From an uncultured Bacilli bacterium (GTDB lineage Bacteria > Bacillota_I > Bacilli_A > RF39 > UBA660): a DNA stretch of 64,000 nt. Both the position numbers and the translations under genes were made by a program. Location: positions 33,591-97,590 of the forward strand of contig CAJOJR010000001.1 in assembly GCA_905235065.1 (NCBI GenBank), given 5' to 3'. The notes under the pieces were generated by a model that did no database searches, was not told where the DNA came from, and saw only the letters and a program-made list of their open reading frames with translations. This document shows, one piece after another, positions 58,385 to 64,000 of this stretch (positions are counted from its first letter, which is position 1; each line of letters starts with the position of its first letter).

Positions 58385-60485
58385 CTTTATCACCTTCATA
58401 AATTGTAAAATCAACTTGCCTTTTTTCTTTTGAAGCTCCGATACATTTAACCATTACTGTGTCACCTGCTCTATAGCATATTTTACCTTTTTTATTTAAA
58501 TAAGCATTTAATTCTTCATTATATATATAAAATTTTGATAATGTATCAAGTGATACTAAACCACTAATTAAATTATCTGTTACTACAAAGAAACCTTTAG
58601 ATAAGCATCCATCAATTGTTGCTTTATATACTTCTCCAATGTGTCCTTCCATGTATTCAGCGATTTTCATATCATTTACTTCTCTTTCACAATCTTCAGC
58701 AGTTCTTTCAGTCTTGGATATATGCTCACAAATAAATGGTAATCTATTATTCCAGTTATCTATAAAATCTTTATTATAATTATTATTAACTAAATACTCA
58801 TTTAAGAAATAATGTACCATTAAATCACTAAATCTTCTTATTGGAGAAGTAAAATGACTATAATTATCAAGTGCTAACCCAAAGTGTCCAATATTATATG
58901 GAGAATACTCTGCCTTTTGCATACATCTAAGTAATTTATTATTTAAATATTTATATTCTTTTTTATCTTCAAGTTGTTTCATAATATTTTGAAGCTCAAT
59001 TGGTTTAATATTTTCAAAATTACTTTTACCTGTTAACTTATAACCAAGAAGCGAAACATATGAAACAAAACTCCTCAATTTTTCTGCTTCAGGCAATCCA
59101 TGAACACGGTATACAAATGGAAGTGCCATATTATATATATGAGTTCCAACTGTAGTATTAGCAGCTATCATGAAGTTTTCTATTAACTTCTGACCAATTC
59201 CTGTTTCATATTTACAAACTTCTAATACTTCACCATTCTCATCTACTTTAAGCTTTATTTCATCTGATATGAAATCAAGTTTACCTTTCCTTTGACTAGA
59301 AGATTCTAATATTTCATATAAATCTTTCATTAATAATAAATCGTTCTTAAAGCCTTCATAACTTTCAGGAATATCTCCATCAAATAATTTATTCACATTA
59401 TCATATGTCATTTTCTTTTTACTTCTAATAATAGACTTAAATATATCATATGATACAATTTCACCTTCATTATTTATTTCCATCATACAAGAAAATGCAA
59501 ATCTATCAGATAATTCATTTAATGAACATATTCCATTAGATAATTCAACGGGTAACATTGGTATTACTCTATCAGCAAGATATACCGAATTTCCTCTATT
59601 AAAAGCAGTGCTTTTTAACTCTGAGCCTTCTTTTACATAATATGATACATCCGCTATATGAACACCAAGCTTATAATTACCATTATCTAATTTTTCGATA
59701 CTCACTGCATCATCTATATCTTTTGTATCAGCGCCATCTATAGTAAAAATTACTTTATCTCTTAAATCCACTCTATTTTTTATATCATTTTCATCTATAG
59801 AATTAGGGATGCTTTTTACTTCTTCTAATACCTTATCATTAAATTCAGTCTCTATATTAAATTCACTACATATTTTTAAAGTATCAATATCTGGACTATT
59901 TTTATGACCTATAATATTTACTATTTTAACTAAGAAATCTTTTTTGGATAATTCTTTAACTATTTCAACCTTAACAATCATTCCTTCAACTAAACTCAAA
60001 TTATTATCTTCTATTTCTAAACTATAATTATTATATTTTTCATCTAAAAGTTTTAAATTGATTTTACCATTTAAAAGATTAACTTCCGCTAAAGAAGAAC
60101 CTAAACTTCTTTTTAATATTCTTATTACTTTGCCTTCTCTTTTTAATCCTCTAGATTTAATGAGTTCTACTACCACATAATCTCCGTCATTTGAATTATT
60201 TAAATATTTATATGGAATATATACATCCTCATTATCTTGAAGAAGGAAACCAGAACCAGATGCATTTATCTCAATATAGCCTTTTAATAAATGACTGTTT
60301 TCAAATAATAAATAATTATCATTCTTATTTTGATAAACTATTCCTTCTTTACATAATTCATTTAAATCATTTAATAATAATTTTAAATCTTCGACTCTAT
60401 AATTATTGTTTATTATATTCATTATTTCAGAAGCACTAATGCTTTTTCTTGAATTAGTTAATATTTGTATAATCCTATCTTTCAT
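58371..60485 (-). CDS. rnr: Ribonuclease R.
   Basis: It is 704 aa with an N-terminal HTH/cold-shock region, a central RNB catalytic domain (...IDGADTKDIDDAVS...) and a C-terminal S1 domain. Confidence 0.9.
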   Translation of the reverse strand: MKDRIIQILTNSRKSISASEIMNIINNNYRVEDLKLLLNDLNELCKEGIVYQNKNDNYLLFENSHLLKGYIEINASGSGFLLQDNEDVYIPYKYLNNSNDGDYVVVELIKSRGLKREGKVIRILKRSLGSSLAEVNLLNGKINLKLLDEKYNNYSLEIEDNNLSLVEGMIVKVEIVKELSKKDFLVKIVNIIGHKNSPDIDTLKICSEFNIETEFNDKVLEEVKSIPNSIDENDIKNRVDLRDKVIFTIDGADTKDIDDAVSIEKLDNGNYKLGVHIADVSYYVKEGSELKSTAFNRGNSVYLADRVIPMLPVELSNGICSLNELSDRFAFSCMMEINNEGEIVSYDIFKSIIRSKKKMTYDNVNKLFDGDIPESYEGFKNDLLLMKDLYEILESSSQRKGKLDFISDEIKLKVDENGEVLEVCKYETGIGQKLIENFMIAANTTVGTHIYNMALPFVYRVHGLPEAEKLRSFVSYVSLLGYKLTGKSNFENIKPIELQNIMKQLEDKKEYKYLNNKLLRCMQKAEYSPYNIGHFGLALDNYSHFTSPIRRFSDLMVHYFLNEYLVNNNYNKDFIDNWNNRLPFICEHISKTERTAEDCEREVNDMKIAEYMEGHIGEVYKATIDGCLSKGFFVVTDNLISGLVSLDTLSKFYIYNEELNAYLNKKGKICYRAGDTVMVKCIGASKEKRQVDFTIYEGDKDGNS

Positions 60486-60550
60486 ATTAAACCTCTAAAA
60501 ATATTATAACATAAAAAAAGATATTATAATTAATATCTTTTACTTAATAC

Positions 60551-61264
60551 TTATTTTGTATGAAGAGGTGTTTCTCCCAAGTCTTGTTGATAGTTTAATG
60601 CTTGAATATTGCTGTTCAAACGTTTTAATTCCTCTAAAATTTGCTTCATAATCTCTGATAAATCTTCATTTTTAAGCTGAGTTTTTTCAACTCTTGGCTT
60701 TTTGTTATACTCTCTTATGACTTTATCTTCTTCTTTAGCCCTTCTTCTAGCATTTATTTCATCTTTAATTGGACTTATTAATCTATTCTCAATACCAACT
60801 TTAATCTTATGGAATTTATCAGAAGCGAGTTTTTTTATTGCTATAGTGCTTAATGCAAATATACCCAAACCTTTTTTATTAACTTTTATCTTTTTTTGCT
60901 TTAATTTTTCTATTTTTTCTTTAGCATAACTCATAGCAGCACTTACATTATCAAATTCTTTTTGATTGCAATTTTCTTTATCAGAAATAATGTTTCTGAG
61001 TTCCCCTCTAGCTTCTTTTCTGTAATCTTCCCAATCATTAATTTTTTCTTCTACTTTTTCTTCTTTTTCTTCTATTTTTTTATTAACTTCATCTTTACCA
61101 GCATAAATTTCCAAGTTTGTTTTCATTTTACGCCATTTATTGCTAATCTTTTCGATAAATAATCTTGGCACTAAAAAAGGTTTGCCACCATTCTTTTTAG
61201 GCATTCTATCAACTAAATTTCCTAATCCTAAATATTCTTCTACAATTTCTGGTTTTGTTTCCAT
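60551..61264 (-). CDS. Hypothetical Lys/Glu-rich coiled-coil protein. The start is probably at METKPEIV....
   Basis: The ORF is 244 aa, with predicted long charged helices and no catalytic motif. Confidence 0.35.
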   Translation of the reverse strand: METKPEIVEEYLGLGNLVDRMPKKNGGKPFLVPRLFIEKISNKWRKMKTNLEIYAGKDEVNKKIEEKEEKVEEKINDWEDYRKEARGELRNIISDKENCNQKEFDNVSAAMSYAKEKIEKLKQKKIKVNKKGLGIFALSTIAIKKLASDKFHKIKVGIENRLISPIKDEINARRRAKEEDKVIREYNKKPRVEKTQLKNEDLSEIMKQILEELKRLNSNIQALNYQQDLGETPLHTK

Positions 61265-61271
61265 AATAATA

Positions 61272-61538
61272 TTACTCCTCAGCATTAATTGTTTGTATTA
61301 TTAAATCTTTTATCTCATTTACAACTTCAGGATCTTCAATACCCTTTAATTCAATGTTTTCACCATCTTCAACAACCTCTGAAGTATATGTTAAAACATT
61401 TCCATTTTCATCAAGTTGATTTTCAGTATAAATAAGGTAATCTTTTCCATTAGATTTAAGTTTAAAATAACTTAAAACTTCCACCTCTTTTTCAACCCCA
61501 TTTTCATCTATTATTTTTAATGTTTCTTTTCCTTCCAT
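61272..61538 (-). CDS. DUF1292 (UPF0473/YrzB-like) protein.
   Basis: It is an 88 aa acidic protein with ...DENGVEKEVEVLSYFKLKSNGKDYLIYTE...DPEV..., typical of DUF1292. Confidence 0.55.
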   Translation of the reverse strand: MEGKETLKIIDENGVEKEVEVLSYFKLKSNGKDYLIYTENQLDENGNVLTYTSEVVEDGENIELKGIEDPEVVNEIKDLIIQTINAEE

Positions 61539-61613
61539 ATTTATCCTTCCTTCTAACTATAAAAATATCATTTATAGAACTTTTTGTCAATAAAAAAGTG
61601 TGTTTAACCACAC

Positions 61614-61838
61614 CTATATACTTAATAATAAAGAAATAACTATAAATAGAATTCCAAGTGTATAAGTAAATCTACTTATAAATTTTTCTCCTCCTCTTTC
61701 TTTTCTATTAGCCATTAATAAATTATTACCACCTGTTATAATTTGACTAGCATCACTAGCTTTATTACTTTGTAATAATACTATTGATATTAACAATAAA
61801 GAAACTACTATAAGTAATATTTCTAAAACCTTTTCCAT
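61614..61838 (-). CDS. secG: Preprotein translocase subunit SecG.
   Basis: It is a 74 aa protein with two TM helices and a Gly-rich loop (...ITGGNNLLMANRKERGGE...). Confidence 0.75.
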   Translation of the reverse strand: MEKVLEILLIVVSLLLISIVLLQSNKASDASQIITGGNNLLMANRKERGGEKFISRFTYTLGILFIVISLLLSI

Positions 61839-61889
61839 ACCTCACTCCTTGTTATATATTTTAACAAACTATTGAATTAAATTCAATAT

Positions 61890-62156
61890 CTATTTTAATT
61901 CTACAATTGTCATTCCATCATTAAAGTTATCTGTATGATAACTTTTTACATATTTATTTAATTTGAGTTCACTATATACTGCTTCCTTTACAATTCCCAT
62001 TCCTTTACCATGGATTATAACTACTTTTTTATCTTTTGTTTTAATAGCATCATCTATAAATATTTTAGTCATTACTTTACTCGTTTCATATGTTTCACCA
62101 TGTAAATCAAGAATTGGACAACCATATAAAAACGGATCATTCACTTTACTATTCAT
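61890..62156 (-). CDS. Smr (small MutS-related) domain protein.
   Basis: It has ...ILDLHGETYE... and ...IIHGKGMG..., the Smr nuclease-domain hallmarks. Length is 88 aa. Confidence 0.6.
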   Translation of the reverse strand: MNSKVNDPFLYGCPILDLHGETYETSKVMTKIFIDDAIKTKDKKVVIIHGKGMGIVKEAVYSELKLNKYVKSYHTDNFNDGMTIVELK

Positions 62157-62164
62157 AAAAACAC

Positions 62165-63226
62165 CTACAATTTTAATCTTTTAATATTCTCATTTTTTTC
62201 TTCTTCAATATAACCCGGAGTTAAATAATTTATTAATATTGATTGTAATTCTTCAAGAGTTATTGTTGCGGGTATTTTAGCAGCAGCAGAGTACATATTA
62301 CCTCCACCATTAGGAAACATTGACATAACATTACCCACATTAATTAATCCATTACTTCTTGCGCTGATATAATAATCATTATCGTTTATCTTTCCAATTG
62401 CAAAAGAAGCACTAGTATTAAACTTTAACATATAATCTGCGGCTTTAGCAAGATCTCCTCTAGTATATGTTACATCTAAATTACTATTTTGACATGCAAT
62501 AGCTAAAGTAAAATCATACATTTTAGTTTCTTGAACAAGCTTTTGTATTGCCCTATCTTTTGCAAAGTCCTCAGCAAATAATTCTTTAACATATGATTTA
62601 TCTGCACCAGATCTTATTAACCTAGAAGCTGCATCATGAGTCTTGTCAGTAGCATTTTTATCATATCCTTTTGTGTCCAATTCGATTCCTGCAAGAAGAT
62701 AACTTGCATAATACTTTGGATTATATTTCACTCTAAATTGATTTATTAATACTTCAACAATTTCACAAGTACTTGATACCTTAATATCAATGAATTTATA
62801 CGCATTTTTGATTGTTTTTTCATCTTGAGAATGATGATCTATTACTATTACATCATCAAAATCTTTAGAGTTAACACTTATCATATATTCTTTATTAGTA
62901 TCAAGAACTATTAATAAATTATCTTTACCTTTAACCTTTTCTATTTCTTCAAGTCTTATAACATTGAAACGGTTCTTCATATCTCCCACAATAGTAGAAG
63001 TACTTTTATCCATATCTCTAAATTCTTCATTTACTACTATATATGGCCTTTTTTTCATTTTCTCACATATAAAAGCCATACCAATAGATGCTCCTAAAGC
63101 ATCAAAATCAGGACTATCATGTGATATTATAAAAACAGTATCGTTTGAGTTTAAAAGTCTAGTTAAAGTATCTTTTAAATTCATATAATTGCTTTCCATA
63201 TCCTTTTGTATTAACTCACCTTTCAT
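62165..63226 (-). CDS. DHH/DHHA1 family phosphoesterase (NrnA-like bifunctional oligoribonuclease/pAp phosphatase).
   Basis: It has the DHH motifs (...ISHDSPDFDALGA..., ...VVIDHHS...) and a C-terminal DHHA1 Gly-rich motif (...NGGGNMYSAA...). Length is 353 aa. Confidence 0.7.
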   Translation of the reverse strand: MKGELIQKDMESNYMNLKDTLTRLLNSNDTVFIISHDSPDFDALGASIGMAFICEKMKKRPYIVVNEEFRDMDKSTSTIVGDMKNRFNVIRLEEIEKVKGKDNLLIVLDTNKEYMISVNSKDFDDVIVIDHHSQDEKTIKNAYKFIDIKVSSTCEIVEVLINQFRVKYNPKYYASYLLAGIELDTKGYDKNATDKTHDAASRLIRSGADKSYVKELFAEDFAKDRAIQKLVQETKMYDFTLAIACQNSNLDVTYTRGDLAKAADYMLKFNTSASFAIGKINDNDYYISARSNGLINVGNVMSMFPNGGGNMYSAAAKIPATITLEELQSILINYLTPGYIEEEKNENIKRLKL

Positions 63227-63320
63227 TCAATATTAAAATTGAATAAAACTATCATACCATATTCTTTTTTTTAGTCAACTTGACAAATATTAAAAAATTT
63301 GCCTTTAAAAAAGAAGAGGT
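63227..63320 (-). promoter_or_regulatory. rbfA terminator (hairpin GAAGAG-taaacc-TCTTC plus T-run, about 63291-63313). Next to it is a promoter for the DHH gene (-35 TTGACT, extended -10 TGgTATGAT) with a small palindromic hairpin (CATTCAAT-attaaa-ATTGAATG, 63227-63248) in the 5' UTR.
   Basis: All elements were read directly from the sequence on the minus strand. Confidence 0.4.
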
Positions 63321-63662
63321 TTACTCTTCTTCATTTATTTCTTGTATAATTGATTCAATTTTCTTTGCATATTCTATAGATTCATCATATATAAATCTAA
63401 GTTCTGGAGTATGTCTCAAATTCATTCTTGAAGCTAATTCTTTTCTAAAATATCCGATCGCATTGTTTAAATCTTTTTCGATTTTATCTCTATTTTTATC
63501 ATCTAATGCAGTAAAGTATATTTTGGCAAAACTTAAATCGTTTGTGACTTTTACATGAGTAATAGTCACAGTTTTAAAATCTTGATCTTTTGCTTCTCTT
63601 AAAAGTAAATCAGATATTTCCTTTTGCATATCAGAAGCTACTCTAACACCTTTTAAATTCAT
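63321..63662 (-). CDS. rbfA: Ribosome-binding factor A.
   Basis: It is 113 aa with ...RVASDMQKEISDLL... and ...VTITHVKVTNDLSFAKIYFT... (KH-like RbfA fold). It is downstream of infB. Confidence 0.85.
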   Translation of the reverse strand: MNLKGVRVASDMQKEISDLLLREAKDQDFKTVTITHVKVTNDLSFAKIYFTALDDKNRDKIEKDLNNAIGYFRKELASRMNLRHTPELRFIYDESIEYAKKIESIIQEINEEE

Positions 63663-64000
63663 TATTTTTTCACTTCTTTCATTTCATATGCTTGAATAAC
63701 ATCATTCTCTTTTATGTCATTAAAGTTTTCAATTGTAATACCACAATCGAATCCGTTTTTAACTTCTTTAACTTCATTCTTTTCTCTTTGAAGTGATTTT
63801 ATTTTACTATCAAAAATTATTACTCCATCTCTTATTATTCTAGCTTTCGAATTTGATTTAATAATTCCACTCGTTACATGCGAACCAGCTATTGTTCCAA
63901 CTTTAGAGAACTTAAATAATTGTCTTACTTCTGCTTCACCAAGAGTTACTTCTTCATATTCTGGATCTAGCATACCTTTCATTGCTGCCTCGATTTCTTC
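63662..64000 (-). CDS. infB: Translation initiation factor IF-2, C-terminal end. The gene continues beyond the window.
   Basis: It has ...[80 protein letters not shown]..., typical of the IF-2 C2 beta-barrel domain. Confidence 0.85.
   Translation of the reverse strand, partial: EEIEAAMKGMLDPEYEEVTLGEAEVRQLFKFSKVGTIAGSHVTSGIIKSNSKARIIRDGVIIFDSKIKSLQREKNEVKEVKNGFDCGITIENFNDIKENDVIQAYEMKEVKK

Noticed and set aside
1-64000. CRISPR arrays, transposases, integrases, prophage genes and toxin-antitoxin pairs.
   Set aside because: A visual scan found no regularly spaced direct-repeat array, no DDE transposase, tyrosine recombinase or phage-structural-like ORF, and no small paired toxin/antitoxin ORFs. 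The only tandem direct repeats seen are the MraZ operator.

Overview
This is a very AT-rich window (roughly 25-28% GC by eye), densely coding, with genes that look like a low-GC Firmicutes chromosome. Gene content and local synteny resemble Bacillus and Clostridium-type housekeeping neighbourhoods. Examples are the order pnp-rpsO, ymfF/ymfH-like M16 peptidases, ftsK and ezrA, rplU-prp-rpmA preceded by spoIVFA/spoIVFB-like genes and radC, ylbL/ylbJ, yneF, the dcw head mraZ-rsmH-ftsL-pbpB, yceD-rpmF, lexA, ylmC-lspA-rluD, and spoIIGA-sigE ... sigG. The last group implies an endospore-forming lineage. Other recognisable sets are cdsA-rseP, dnaE, rpmB, secG ... rnr-smpB, and rbfA-infB. Between about 35.8 kb and 51.3 kb there is a roughly 15 kb cell-wall glycopolymer (teichoic-acid or capsule-like) locus. 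It encodes TagD, an initiating sugar-phosphate transferase, a LicD-family phosphotransferase, Wzx- and Wzy-like proteins, an LCP ligase, VanZ, a DUF3048 lipoprotein and a phosphodiester glycosidase. It has no recognisable GT-A or GT-B glycosyltransferase. It instead carries a PRTase-like protein, a PHP phosphoesterase and a large HAD-domain protein, and it retains a decayed glf gene. It is bounded by tRNA-Arg(CCU). Other points of interest are listed here. The L32 gene has a 9-residue N-terminal extension that mimics the Prp cleavage motif of L27. A 47-aa single-pass membrane ORF is divergently transcribed from lexA across palindromic operators, making it a candidate SOS division inhibitor. 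There are frameshift interruptions in dnaE and in the spoIVFB-like M50 protease gene. An acidic low-complexity gene sits between sigE and sigG. An MraZ operator of three GTGG(T/G) direct repeats lies at 10 bp period. No CRISPR array, transposase, integrase or rRNA gene was seen. All calls are made by eye from the translations and sequence, with no database searches run.
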